Part shown: positions 45,748 to 55,396 of the stretch, in pieces
How the letters are laid out: every line of letters begins with the position of its first letter
Position numbering within the stretch: position 1 is the first letter of the stretch
Source: Actinomycetales bacterium
Lineage (GTDB): Bacteria > Actinomycetota > Actinomycetes > Actinomycetales > CAVURS01
Reading direction: 5' to 3'
Assembly: GCA_045807245.1 (NCBI GenBank)
Contig: JBJMHS010000011.1
Span: forward strand, 1 to 64,000
DNA length: 64,000 bases
Made by a program: the position numbers and the translations under genes
The notes under the pieces: model-generated
The model's input: the letters and a program-made list of their open reading frames with translations, nothing else
Database searches by the model: none
What the model was told of the DNA's origin: nothing

Positions 45748-47406
45748 ATGCCCCTCGACGCCGACGTCGTCATCGTAGGCGCCGGGTTGGCCGGGCTGGT
45801 GGCAGCGGGGGAGCTCGCTGACAGCGGCCGTCGGGTCATGGTCGTCGACCAGGAGCCGGAGACCAACCTCGGCGGCCAGGCGTTCTGGTCCCTCGGCGGC
45901 CTGTTTCTCGTCAACAGCCCGGAACAGCGCCGCCTGCGGGTGCACGACTCGCACGAGCTCGCCCTGCAGGACTGGCTGGGCTCCGCCGCGTTCGACCGCG
46001 AAGAGGACTACTGGCCACGGCGGTGGGCGGAGGCGTACGTCGACTTCGCGGCGGGCGAGATGCGGTCATGGTTGCGGGAGATGGGGATCGGGCTGTTTCC
46101 GCTCGTCCAGTGGGCCGAGCGCGGCGGCTACTTCCCCGGTGGTCACGGCAACTCGGTGCCGCGCTTCCATGTCGCCTGGGGGACGGGTCCGGGCGTGGTC
46201 GAGCCGTTCGTCCGCCGGGTGCGCGCCGCCCAGGCGCGGGGTCTGGTGGAGCTGAGGTTCCGCCACCGCGTGACCGGACTGTCCGTCACCGGCGGCGTGG
46301 TCGACGGTGTCTCGGGCGAGGTGCTCGAGCCCAGCTCGGCGGCGCGCGGTGCGCCCAGCTCGCGCGCTGTCGTGGGGGAGTTCGCCCTGCACGCCTCGGC
46401 GGTCGTGGTCACGTCCGGCGGGATCGGCGCCAACCACGACCTGGTACGGCGCTCGTGGCCCGAGCGGCTCGGCTCACCTCCGGCGAACATGCTCTCCGGC
46501 GTGCCGGCATACGTGGACGGGCGGATGATCGGGATCGCCCAGAACGCCGGTGCGCGGGTCATCAACCCGGACCGCATGTGGCACTACGCCGAGGGCATCC
46601 TGAACCACTCGCCGGTCTGGGACCGGCACGGGATCCGCATCCTGTCCGGTCCGTCGCCCCTGTGGCTCGATGCGAACGGCCGGCGGCTGCCCCCGCCGTT
46701 GTACCCGGGCTTCGACGGGCTCGGCGCGCTCGCCGCCGTCACGCGGGCCGGCCACGGACATTCGTGGTTCCTGTTGAACAGGCGGATCATCGGCAAGGAG
46801 TTCGCCCTCTCCGGGTCCGAGCAGAACCCCGACCTCACGGGCAAGGACATCCGCCAGGTGCTGGGTCGGGTTCGGGTGGACGTACCGGGGCCGGTGCAGG
46901 CGTTCCTTGACCACGGAGCCGACTTCGTCCAGCGCGACGACATCCAGGCACTGGCGCACGCCATGAACGACCTCGTCGGGTCCGACCTGGTCGACCCGCA
47001 GGAGCTGGAAAGCACTGTGCGGCAACGAGACCAGCAGGTCCTGACCGGCCTCGGCAAGGACCCGCAGCTGGCCGCGATCCGAGCATCGCGGCGCTTCGTC
47101 GGTGACAAGCTGATCCGCACGGTCAAGCCGCACGCTCTGCTGGACCGCGGCGCGGGGCCGCTCATCGCCGTACGACTGCACGTCCTGACCCGCAAGACGC
47201 TCGGCGGCATCGAGACCGACCTGTCAGGTCGGGCGATGACGGCGTCCGGGTCGCCCGTGGCTGGGCTGTTCGCTGCCGGAGAGGTCGCCGGGTTCGGAGG
47301 CGGTGGGATGCACGGCTACCGCGCTCTCGAGGGCACCTTCCTCGGTGGTTGCCTGTACTCCGGCCGGACGGTCGGGAGGGCGATCGCAGCCGATTTGGCC
47401 GGTTAG
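45748..47406 (+). CDS. FAD-binding dehydrogenase (fumarate reductase / KstD-like)
   Basis: GAGLAG, GGQAFWSLGGL, SVPRFH, RKTLGG, LEGTFLGGC. Confidence 0.9.
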   Translation: MPLDADVVIVGAGLAGLVAAGELADSGRRVMVVDQEPETNLGGQAFWSLGGLFLVNSPEQRRLRVHDSHELALQDWLGSAAFDREEDYWPRRWAEAYVDFAAGEMRSWLREMGIGLFPLVQWAERGGYFPGGHGNSVPRFHVAWGTGPGVVEPFVRRVRAAQARGLVELRFRHRVTGLSVTGGVVDGVSGEVLEPSSAARGAPSSRAVVGEFALHASAVVVTSGGIGANHDLVRRSWPERLGSPPANMLSGVPAYVDGRMIGIAQNAGARVINPDRMWHYAEGILNHSPVWDRHGIRILSGPSPLWLDANGRRLPPPLYPGFDGLGALAAVTRAGHGHSWFLLNRRIIGKEFALSGSEQNPDLTGKDIRQVLGRVRVDVPGPVQAFLDHGADFVQRDDIQALAHAMNDLVGSDLVDPQELESTVRQRDQQVLTGLGKDPQLAAIRASRRFVGDKLIRTVKPHALLDRGAGPLIAVRLHVLTRKTLGGIETDLSGRAMTASGSPVAGLFAAGEVAGFGGGGMHGYRALEGTFLGGCLYSGRTVGRAIAADLAG

Positions 47407-47482
47407 GGCCGATACGCTACGGTAGGTGCCTCGTGCCCGACACCGTTGTTACAGGGGCTTCGGTGTCGGGCGCGACCCATGT

Positions 47483-47559
47483 CCGGACCATGGTTCCGCC
47501 GCAGGCGGACGAGGTTCCCCCGCACGCGGACGAGGTTCCGCGGCACGCGGACGATCCCC
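47483..47559. repeat. intergenic approx. 21-bp tandem repeat (GCGGACGAGGTTCC core)
   Basis: Units at about 47483, 47505, 47526, 47547 between convergent genes. Confidence 0.75.
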
Positions 47560-47564
47560 GAGGG

Positions 47565-48083
47565 TCACAGCGCCAGCGACTTCAGCAGCGCCAGGGCGAT
47601 CTCGTCCGCCCTCTCGTGCGCCTCGAGCTGGGTCGGGAGCTCGCCGAACGGCAGGTCGACGTGGTGACCGTCGCGCAGAGCGATCCGCCACGAGCTGAGG
47701 AGCGCGTCGCCTTCCTCCGCGGCGACCGGCCGCCAGTGCCGCCCGTCGTCGTCGTGCGGCAGAGTGCTCACCCACACGACCTCCCGGATCGCGGTGGCCC
47801 AGCAGTCGTACGTGGCACCGTCGTCATGCCCGAGCTGGTGCACGTACGCCTCGCTGTCCCAGTGCGGATGCGCCGAGCGCGCCTCGGCACAGCCGAACAG
47901 GCCGCCGGCGAGGACGGCGACCTTCCAGCGGGTGCCGTGGTCGTGGATGGCTTGGCACAGCACCGCTTCCGGCTTGGGACCGAACGTCGCAGCGCAGCGG
48001 GCGACGAGCGGTGGCGGAGGTGTCTCACCGTCCGCCGTCAACAGCTTGGTCCAGGTGGCGATCAGGTCTTCGTCGCGGTCCAC
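47565..48083 (-). CDS. hypothetical protein
   Basis: GAGGAGG RBS before GTG; protein-like composition. Confidence 0.65.
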   Translation of the reverse strand: MDRDEDLIATWTKLLTADGETPPPPLVARCAATFGPKPEAVLCQAIHDHGTRWKVAVLAGGLFGCAEARSAHPHWDSEAYVHQLGHDDGATYDCWATAIREVVWVSTLPHDDDGRHWRPVAAEEGDALLSSWRIALRDGHHVDLPFGELPTQLEAHERADEIALALLKSLAL

Positions 48084-48229
48084 CGAAGCCTCCTCAGCCC
48101 TGTGTCGATCATCAGACCGTAGCCGGGTCAGGGCTACTGCGCTCGCGTAGCGGACACCGTAGGCGGACCTCGGGTCGCTGTTCTAGGTTGGTCCCCGACT
48201 CGGGCCTTGCGACCCTCGAAGGAGACCCG

Positions 48230-49072
48230 GTGCGACGTACATCACGAATCGGGCTGGCGGCCGCCATCACGGCAGTCGCTGCCGCTACCGCGCTGGCGGG
48301 ACTCGCTCCATCCGCGGCCGCGACGACGCCAGTGGTGCGAGCGAGCCTGAACTTCGCCACGCCCGAGGCCGGCAAGACGGTCACGACGCTGACCGTGGGC
48401 GGCGCCTACTACCGGACGTTGACCGCGTCGGTTGTCACATTGAACGGCGGCAAGGCCGTCTCCACGGTGAGCGGCGTGTGCTGCAACAACGCGATCGACT
48501 TCCCCGGGTACGTCGCGCGCGGCAGCCAGCCGCCGCTGGCCGTCGTGGCGATCAAGAACAAGACCTCGTCGCTCGACCCGCTCAACGGTGGCACCGGCAG
48601 CTTCACGTGGCAGGCCGACTTCTCGCTCGACGACAACGTGGGCACCGACGCGCTGGACGGCGACAACCTGCTGCAGCGCGGCCTCAGCCCGCAGAAGCAG
48701 TGGAAGCTCAGCGTCGACAAGCACGCCGCCCAGTGCTTCGTTCGCACGGTCGCGAACGCGGCGGCGGTGGTCACGCCGGTGATCCACATCCCGAACCAGA
48801 CGACGAACGTCAGGTGGTACCGCGCCATCTGCAACCGGTCGGCGACCGGAGTGCTGTCGCTGAGGGTCTACGCCCGCAGCATCAGCGCCGGCACGTGGGT
48901 GGCGTTCGGGACGTCCACGGCGGCGGACCGGACCGTTGGCGACCTGAACATGACCTGGACCACCCCGGTCAGCGTCGGCGGGAAGCTGTCGAGCGGGACG
49001 ACCATCGCGACCTCGCCGGCGGCGGACCAGTTCAACGGCCGGGTCGACAACGTCATCATCACTCTCGGGTGA
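48230..49072 (+). CDS. secreted LamG/concanavalin A-like protein
   Basis: AAGGAG RBS, signal peptide, NLLQRG..QWKL, WY...C, DQFNGRVDNV. Confidence 0.75.
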   Translation: MRRTSRIGLAAAITAVAAATALAGLAPSAAATTPVVRASLNFATPEAGKTVTTLTVGGAYYRTLTASVVTLNGGKAVSTVSGVCCNNAIDFPGYVARGSQPPLAVVAIKNKTSSLDPLNGGTGSFTWQADFSLDDNVGTDALDGDNLLQRGLSPQKQWKLSVDKHAAQCFVRTVANAAAVVTPVIHIPNQTTNVRWYRAICNRSATGVLSLRVYARSISAGTWVAFGTSTAADRTVGDLNMTWTTPVSVGGKLSSGTTIATSPAADQFNGRVDNVIITLG

Positions 49073-49079
49073 CTCTCGG

Positions 49080-49295
49080 GTGACTCGCAGTACAGAGGGC
49101 GGTTCGCCCGAGTCCCAGCTCGACGTGCTGCGTCGCTGGCAGGATGCCGGCGGGCACTGGGTCGTCGTGCACCGAGCGCCGGGTCGAGTCGTCGTGTCCC
49201 TGCAGCGGTGCGACGGCGGAGAGGAGGTGCAGCGCCTCACCGCGACGGAGGACGACGTACTCGGTTATCTCGCGGAGCGCGACGAATCCGACTGA
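49080..49295 (+). CDS. small hypothetical protein
   Basis: LRRWQDAGGHW..CDGGEEV; 7 bp downstream of previous gene. Confidence 0.7.
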   Translation: MTRSTEGGSPESQLDVLRRWQDAGGHWVVVHRAPGRVVVSLQRCDGGEEVQRLTATEDDVLGYLAERDESD

Positions 49296-49359
49296 CGCTC
49301 CTTCCGCGTCACGGTCCCAGGCCGCTCGATGTGCAGCTCGGCGTCAAGCAGCGGGCAGC

Positions 49360-49557
49360 TCAGGCCGCGACGAACACTTCGGAGCCGTGCTCGTAGCGCA
49401 GCACGCGCCGGTCACCCTCCACCTCGTCGGTGAGGACGTACACGGCCCATCCGCCGTCGAGCGTGTCGAAGTACCGCGGCCGGCGGGCAGCCGGGACCGT
49501 GTCGAGCCGCCCGTCGAGCGGGCCTCCGCGCAACACGGTGGGGATGTCTTCGTACAT
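49360..49557 (-). CDS. small hypothetical protein
   Basis: GGAGGGAG RBS; GGPLDG motif. Confidence 0.6.
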   Translation of the reverse strand: MYEDIPTVLRGGPLDGRLDTVPAARRPRYFDTLDGGWAVYVLTDEVEGDRRVLRYEHGSEVFVAA

Positions 49558-49695
49558 GAGCCGCTCCCTCCTGCGTGGCTTCGATGGGCTCTCCACAGGA
49601 GTCGGCACAGCGCGCACTAGTCCTGAGTGTTGAGGCCGAACGGGTGACCGAGGTTGCTCCGCACGCGGTACGGATTGGGCTGGGTGTAGTCCGTT

Positions 49696-49732
49696 CGGTG
49701 GGCGGGCCGACCTGGGGTCGGCCCGCCCACCG
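49696..49732 (-). terminator. perfect 17-bp-stem hairpin
   Basis: CGGTGGGCGGGCCGACC-TGG-GGTCGGCCCGCCCACCG right after the stop at 49736. Confidence 0.75.
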
Positions 49733-49735
49733 GTG

Positions 49736-52700
49736 TCAGGAGCCGAACCAGGTCAGCGCCCGCTTCATCAAGTCGTTCTTCTGCGTGGCCGTCCCGTAGG
49801 CCTCGAACGGGAAGGCGAGGAAGACGACCTTGTACGACCCGTCCGCCACCGACAGAGCGTCGGGTGCCGCCGTGTCGTCGGTGAAGGCCGCCGTTGCGGG
49901 AGCGATCGGCGTGATCTGGTCCTCGAACGTCGCTCCCAGGACCGAGTGGTCGAGCGAGACCGTGCCGACCCCGTCGCTGACCGGGTTGCCGCTCACGGCG
50001 TGGACGGCTGCCGTCGCCTGGTCGTTCTGGGCATCCGTGCCGTCCCAGTCGATGTGCAGGTAGTCGTGCACGAACGCGGTGGTGCCGGCGGCCTGGTCGA
50101 GGATGTCCTGACCCGACATGAACAGTCGCCCACCACCGTCGAGGAACGCCTTGAGCTCGCGCTCGTACGGCGTGATCGGCGCCGGGTAGGTGTTACCCGT
50201 GAACCAGACGGCAGTGGAGTGTGCCGTGAGGTACGACTGCGGAAGTTCGGGCTTCGCAGCCAGGTCCCAGGTGCTGTAGGCGACACCGTTGGCCGCCAAG
50301 GCGTTCTGGTAGTACGCCTGGACGTCCGGGGCGCCACCGTCCTGGTCGACCACGAGGGTGTCGACTGCGACCGCGATCGTGGTCAGCGTCGCCGACCCCG
50401 ACACACCGGAGTCTGTTACTGATGTCGCCGTGAACGCCGTGTCGTTGGTGGCGTTGTCGGCGGCTCCGCCGGGCACGTCCACCTTGACGCAGACGTCGAG
50501 CGTCTCACCCGGCTGCACAGTCGGGGTTGTCGTCATCGCGGTCGTGCAGGTGGCGTCGTACGCCGTCGCCGTCCATCCGCTGGATGTCGTGACGGAGTAG
50601 CTGTCGGGCATGAAGCCCTCGTTCGTCACGTGCTCGGTGAACGTCGACGCGGTCCCAACCTTGGCGCCCTCCGTATCGCTGGCCGGCTCGACGCTCACGG
50701 CGTGCTCGGGAGCGATCGGCGTGCTGTGTGGGCTACCGGTCGTGCCGGGGCCCTCGGCCGACGTCACCGTGATGCCGTCGTTGACGATGGCGTGCACGGT
50801 CGACGGCAGGCTCGGCGAGATCTTCACGGAGAAGGTCACCGACACACTGCCACCGGCTGGGACGCTCAGCCCGGACCAGGAGACGCGACCCTGGCTCAGC
50901 GTGCCGCCCGACCCGGCCGAGACGAACGTCGTGTTGTCCGGCACGCGGTCGACGACCTTGACCCCGGTGGCCGGCGCGTTGCCGATGTTCTTCACCGTGA
51001 TCGTGTAGTCGATGTTGCGTCCGGGTCCGACGGGTGCGCCGGAGTCAGCCTTGGACACCACGAGCGCCGCCTCGGCGTTGCGGTTGTTCAGCGTGTACGC
51101 GCCGCGTCCGTGGGTGCCGGCGGCCAGGACGCCGTGGCTGGCGTCGTAGTCGAGCTGCCAGACCGCGACCTTCGGGATGCCGCTGCCGAGGCGGGTCCAC
51201 GAGCCGCCCTTGTTGGTCGTCACGAACGCCCCGACGTCGGTGCCGGCGTACAGGGTCCGCGGCGAGGACGGGTCGATGACGATCGAGTTGACCGGGACGT
51301 CCGGCAGGTTGCCAGTGATGTCCTTCCACGTCTGGCCGCCGTTGCCGGTGGCGTAGACGTGGCCGGGGCGGCTCGGCGTGGCGGCGGAGAACCCGCCGTA
51401 CGCCGCGTACGCGATCCGCCAGTTGGAGTGGTCCACGGCGATCTGGTTGACCGGACGGTTCGGCACCCGGCCGACGCCGACGCGAGTCCAGCTGGGGCTG
51501 TCCGAGCTGACCGCGTCCGGGCTCGCCCACAGCCAGCCCTCGTCCGTGCCGGCGTACGCGCCCGTGCCGCCGTCGGCCAGGCCGATCGTCGAGACGAAGC
51601 AGCCCCGTGCGCCGTTGGGAGCGGCGCCGGTGCATCCGCTGGTGAGGTCGCCGCTGATGGGCGCGAAAGTGACGTCGCCGGCGGACGGTGCCTCTGCGTT
51701 GTCGCTGCGGTAGACGCGGTAGCTGCCCACGAACAGCTGGTTGACGTTGCCTCGGTTCTGCACCATGGGGATGTAGAACTCGGCCCGGTCGTGGGTGTTG
51801 ATGCCGCCGTCGATCGCCTCGTTGCCGAAGATCGTGCCGACCTTGGTCGGGTCGAACCGGTACGGCGACAAGGCGGTGTAGGTGCCGAAGACGTACGCCG
51901 GGAGGTTCGGGTTGAGGGGGTTCGGGGTCGTCTGGTCGACAACCACCTGGCCGCCGTCACCGCCCGCCTGGTCGAACCAGCGGTTGTTCGCAAGGGACTT
52001 GCGCAGCGTGCCGTTGTCCTGCGTGCCGCCCCAGTACTGACCGGGGACGAGCGGGACCGTCGCGATGGACGAGAACTGGGTGATCGCGAGGTTGGTCGAG
52101 TGGACCAGCACGCCGGTGTTCGGGTCGACCTGGCCGTTGAGGTCCTGCCAGTCCACCGCCGTCAGCGGGTCGGTCGCCGCGTTCCGGCCGCCGCCCGTGA
52201 ACGACTGCCACACGCCGCCGTCGTTGCCGATGGCAATGTGCTGGGTGTTGTTCGGCTGGAAGGCGATCGCGTGGAAGTCCGGGTGCAGGTCGTAGCCGAG
52301 GTTCTGCCACGTCGCGCCGCCGTCCTTGGACCGGTAGATGCCGCCGGACTGCGGGGACTGGTCGTAGCCGTAGCTGCCCTCGACATAGACGATGTCCGGG
52401 TTGTTCGGGTCCGGCTTGACCTCGTTGTCGTAGAAGCACTGCGAACCAGCGGTGGCGCAGTAGTTGAAGATCGAGTCCGGCTTGGTCCCGGTGGCCGTCG
52501 CGGTCCAGTGGGCGCCGTTGTCGATGCTCTTGTAGACCTGCGGCTGGTGGTAGTGGTCGCTGAGGTCGAAGTAGTCGAAGCCTGTGTAGACGGTGGTCGT
52601 GGCCGATCCGGCCGGGTGCGAGAGACCGAGCGAGAACCGCGTGCCGCCCTCGAGGAAGTTGCCGGCGGGCAGGTCGCCCAGCGCGCTCGCCCAGGTGTGG

Positions 52701-53662
52701 CCGCCGTTCGTGCTGCGGTACATGCCGTCGCCCCAGAACGAGGCCCACAGGATCTGGGCGTTCTGCGGGTCCATGACGAGGTCGGTAGCACCATGCAGCT
52801 CGTCGCTGGTGCCCTTGCGCAGCGTCCAGCTGGTGCCGCCGTTCGTCGACTCCCACACGCCGTACTTGGCGGTGGCCGGATGCGTCGTGCGGTGGTTGCC
52901 GCCGCGACCACGCACGGTGGAGGCGAACAGATGGTTGGCGTTGGCCGGGTCGACGACGATGTCCGAGACGGCCTGGCCGGTGAACAGGCTCGAGACGTGC
53001 GTCCAGCTGACGCCGCCGTTCGTCGACTTGTAGATGCCGTCGCCGAAGTAGCTGTCGCCGGAGAGGGCGCCCTCACCGGAGCCCATGTAGACGATGTTGT
53101 CGTTGCTCGGCGCGATGGCGAGCGCGCCGACGGACTGGGTGTCGCTGTCGTTGGTCCGCGAGGTCCACGTGCCCGAGGTCGCGTCGTACGTCCAGACACC
53201 GCCCTGCGCGGCGCCGAGGATGATCGTGCCGTCGTTGCGGATGGCCAGTGCCCCGATGCGCCCGGCCACAGCCTCGAAGGTGTTGCTCGTCCGCCCGACC
53301 TGGACGATCGGGTTCGGGCCCTGGCTGGTCCAGGTGCCACCGCGGGCCGCGCCGCGGACAGCGTTGTTAGTGATCGTGGCGGCCTTGGCGTTCGCCTTCG
53401 ACCGCAGCTGGGCGGCCTGGTCGAGCGTGATCGGGTTGTCGCCGGACAGCAGACGGCTCCAGTAGTACGCGTCGCGCAGCTTGTCGAAGCTGCCCCCCTC
53501 GCTCTCCTCCGACCCGTGGTCGCCCTTGGGCGTCAGCAGGACCGGGGTGTCGTCCGGTATCGGCGCCGCGGAGCTCGCGGGTGGGGACGCGACCAAGGTG
53601 AATCCGGCGGCGACGGCCACAGCCAGGTAGGGGGCGATCCTCGACGACAAACCAGCGCGCAT
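49736..53662 (-). CDS. large secreted BNR/Asp-box beta-propeller protein with DUF11-like Ig domains
   Basis: Signal peptide; repeated S-x-N/D-G-G-x-T/S-W boxes; GGTQDNG; ITVKNIG..ATGVKVVDxVP. Confidence 0.88.
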   Translation of the reverse strand: MRAGLSSRIAPYLAVAVAAGFTLVASPPASSAAPIPDDTPVLLTPKGDHGSEESEGGSFDKLRDAYYWSRLLSGDNPITLDQAAQLRSKANAKAATITNNAVRGAARGGTWTSQGPNPIVQVGRTSNTFEAVAGRIGALAIRNDGTIILGAAQGGVWTYDATSGTWTSRTNDSDTQSVGALAIAPSNDNIVYMGSGEGALSGDSYFGDGIYKSTNGGVSWTHVSSLFTGQAVSDIVVDPANANHLFASTVRGRGGNHRTTHPATAKYGVWESTNGGTSWTLRKGTSDELHGATDLVMDPQNAQILWASFWGDGMYRSTNGGHTWASALGDLPAGNFLEGGTRFSLGLSHPAGSATTTVYTGFDYFDLSDHYHQPQVYKSIDNGAHWTATATGTKPDSIFNYCATAGSQCFYDNEVKPDPNNPDIVYVEGSYGYDQSPQSGGIYRSKDGGATWQNLGYDLHPDFHAIAFQPNNTQHIAIGNDGGVWQSFTGGGRNAATDPLTAVDWQDLNGQVDPNTGVLVHSTNLAITQFSSIATVPLVPGQYWGGTQDNGTLRKSLANNRWFDQAGGDGGQVVVDQTTPNPLNPNLPAYVFGTYTALSPYRFDPTKVGTIFGNEAIDGGINTHDRAEFYIPMVQNRGNVNQLFVGSYRVYRSDNAEAPSAGDVTFAPISGDLTSGCTGAAPNGARGCFVSTIGLADGGTGAYAGTDEGWLWASPDAVSSDSPSWTRVGVGRVPNRPVNQIAVDHSNWRIAYAAYGGFSAATPSRPGHVYATGNGGQTWKDITGNLPDVPVNSIVIDPSSPRTLYAGTDVGAFVTTNKGGSWTRLGSGIPKVAVWQLDYDASHGVLAAGTHGRGAYTLNNRNAEAALVVSKADSGAPVGPGRNIDYTITVKNIGNAPATGVKVVDRVPDNTTFVSAGSGGTLSQGRVSWSGLSVPAGGSVSVTFSVKISPSLPSTVHAIVNDGITVTSAEGPGTTGSPHSTPIAPEHAVSVEPASDTEGAKVGTASTFTEHVTNEGFMPDSYSVTTSSGWTATAYDATCTTAMTTTPTVQPGETLDVCVKVDVPGGAADNATNDTAFTATSVTDSGVSGSATLTTIAVAVDTLVVDQDGGAPDVQAYYQNALAANGVAYSTWDLAAKPELPQSYLTAHSTAVWFTGNTYPAPITPYERELKAFLDGGGRLFMSGQDILDQAAGTTAFVHDYLHIDWDGTDAQNDQATAAVHAVSGNPVSDGVGTVSLDHSVLGATFEDQITPIAPATAAFTDDTAAPDALSVADGSYKVVFLAFPFEAYGTATQKNDLMKRALTWFGS

Positions 53663-53827
53663 GCAACCGACCTTTCGCACAATGGGTCGGGCGCCAGGGG
53701 TGTCGGCCCACGATCCCGTGGGGGAGCCTGCACCGCTGTGACGCTTAGCGCAAGAGGTTGCAGAAGATTGTCATGAACGTACGTCGCGCCGGTCACCGCT
53801 TGCGACGGACAGCGGCCATCCGGGGGA

Positions 53828-54097
53828 TCAGCAGGGGGGCATGTTGTCCAGCGAGTTGCCCAGGACGGCGTCCAGCCCAGAGGCGATCGTCTTGACGCCG
53901 CAGTAGCAGTCGTAGGCCCGCACGGTGCCGAACTTGCCGGCGCCGAAGGTGTAGTAGGTGTCGCCCTGGCCCATCCGGAAGCGGACCGTCTCGACGGTCT
54001 GGTGCCGTCCGTCGGCCAGGCCCACCGACAGGACGTGGCTGTGGGCCGGAGGGCGCGGGTTCGACCGTGTCGTACAGGTGATTTGGTGCGCAGTCAT
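53828..54097 (-). CDS. DUF3892-like small protein
   Basis: ITC...H.HV..G...GDTYYT...NSLDNMPPC pattern; GGAG RBS. Confidence 0.7.
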   Translation of the reverse strand: MTAHQITCTTRSNPRPPAHSHVLSVGLADGRHQTVETVRFRMGQGDTYYTFGAGKFGTVRAYDCYCGVKTIASGLDAVLGNSLDNMPPC

Positions 54098-54223
54098 GGC
54101 AACGCTCCATCCAGGCCGGTCCCTTCGCATTGAACCAGTCCGGGCGCTCAGGTTGTCGCTAGCGAGGCGGTATCTCTCGCGAACCGGTCCCCCTCCTCCT
54201 TCGTAGTCAAGGAGGTGGAACCC

Positions 54224-54421
54224 ATGATCGAGCTGACCGTCTGTCCCGAGTGCGACGCATCGGCGGAGGTGCTCTGGCGTGTGACGCTGGACAGCACTGA
54301 CGGCCCGATCGAACACGCGCGCGTGGTGTGTGTGCGCAAGCACTTCTTCTGGCTCCCGGTCGGGGCGCTGCCCGACGTACCGATGCTCGCCGAGGAGCCG
54401 GCCCGCGAGCGCCTGACCTGA
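54224..54421 (+). CDS. small Cys/His (zinc-binding-like) protein
   Basis: AAGGAGG RBS; CPEC..STDGPIEH..C..H. Confidence 0.7.
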   Translation: MIELTVCPECDASAEVLWRVTLDSTDGPIEHARVVCVRKHFFWLPVGALPDVPMLAEEPARERLT

Positions 54422-54529
54422 CCGACCGGCGTACGACGAGCGGTTGCGTTGCCGCTGAAGGCGAGCGACAGTTGAAGCGACCTTCGATAGGGAGGGCTGA
54501 GACTGCTGATCAGGTGAGGTTGACGCACC

Positions 54530-54889
54530 GTGGCTCCTTCTCCCGCGCTCAGGACGCGCGCTTCCTCGGTTGTCCGTCCGGTGCTGGTGCTCGTCAACGA
54601 AGCGTGCCGTTGTCGCGTCGCTTACGTGGCTCGTATCCCGAGCGGCTGGGTGGTCTACGGCACGCGGCGCCGGCTGAGGGAGACCCCGTCCGGCCCTCGC
54701 CTGGTGAAGCAGCCGTTCCGCAACCTCTTGACGGCTACGGGGTCGGGCCGCTGGCAGTGCGTGCACGGCAGCGGGCCATTGAGCCACGTCGACCTGCTGG
54801 CAGCGGCGGCGCAGGCCGAGGGACGGACCCACTTCCCGGTCGTCGGGCAGGAGCAGTCGTCGCACGAGATCGGGAACCGCGCGTCATAG
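54530..54889 (+). CDS. hypothetical protein
   Basis: ORF with CxC and CxHG; start uncertain. Confidence 0.45.
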   Translation: MAPSPALRTRASSVVRPVLVLVNEACRCRVAYVARIPSGWVVYGTRRRLRETPSGPRLVKQPFRNLLTATGSGRWQCVHGSGPLSHVDLLAAAAQAEGRTHFPVVGQEQSSHEIGNRAS

Positions 54890-54905
54890 CGAGGCGCCTA
54901 CCGGT

Positions 54906-55091
54906 GTGAGCTGCTCTTCGTGCGGCGGCAGCCTGCGGGTCAGCTGCTCGCCCTCGACATCCGTCGGCGCCGGGCTCAGCCTGGCCACTGCCGACCCCGT
55001 GCTCGCCGACCTGGACGACGAGACGCTGCGACGCGAGCTGTTGCGCTGCGCCCAAGCCCTGTTGCCCAACGCCGCGCGGCGCAGACGCTAG
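54906..55091 (+). CDS. small hypothetical protein (CxxC)
   Basis: GAGG upstream; short ORF in line with neighbours. Confidence 0.35.
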   Translation: MSCSSCGGSLRVSCSPSTSVGAGLSLATADPVLADLDDETLRRELLRCAQALLPNAARRRR

Positions 55092-55132
55092 GTCAGGCGA
55101 TGCCGACAAACGGTGGTGACGCCGGCACCGAA

Positions 55133-55160
55133 TGTAACGCTGGTCCAGGGCGTGACGTTG
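55133..55160 (+). promoter_or_regulatory. ECF-type promoter TGTAAC-N17-CGTTG (copy 1)
   Basis: Exact motif and spacing repeated three times within 1.8 kb. Confidence 0.65.
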
Positions 55161-55273
55161 GGCTTCACAGGGGGCGGTCCGCCTCTCCCGAGCCGCTTGC
55201 GGGCCGCCCCTACTTACCTACTGCGACGGGTGCTCCACGGTGAGCGGCTGTCGGTCGGACCGAGCCGCCGCGG

Positions 55274-55301
55274 TGTAACGCTGGACAGCCCGACGACGTT
55301 G
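55274..55301 (+). promoter_or_regulatory. ECF-type promoter TGTAAC-N17-CGTTG (copy 2)
   Basis: Same motif; upstream of the secreted-protein gene at 55397. Confidence 0.65.
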
Positions 55302-55396
55302 GCCGGTCATCAACATCCGACGGTCAAGAGCGCGGCTGTCGTCAACTCACGGCGGAACCCCGATGGCGGTTGCCGCTTAGGAGAGGACGGCCCCCG

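Noticed and set aside
50630..53776. 1048-aa plus-strand ORF
   Set aside because: Antisense shadow of the Asp-box protein; R/V/G-rich with no motifs
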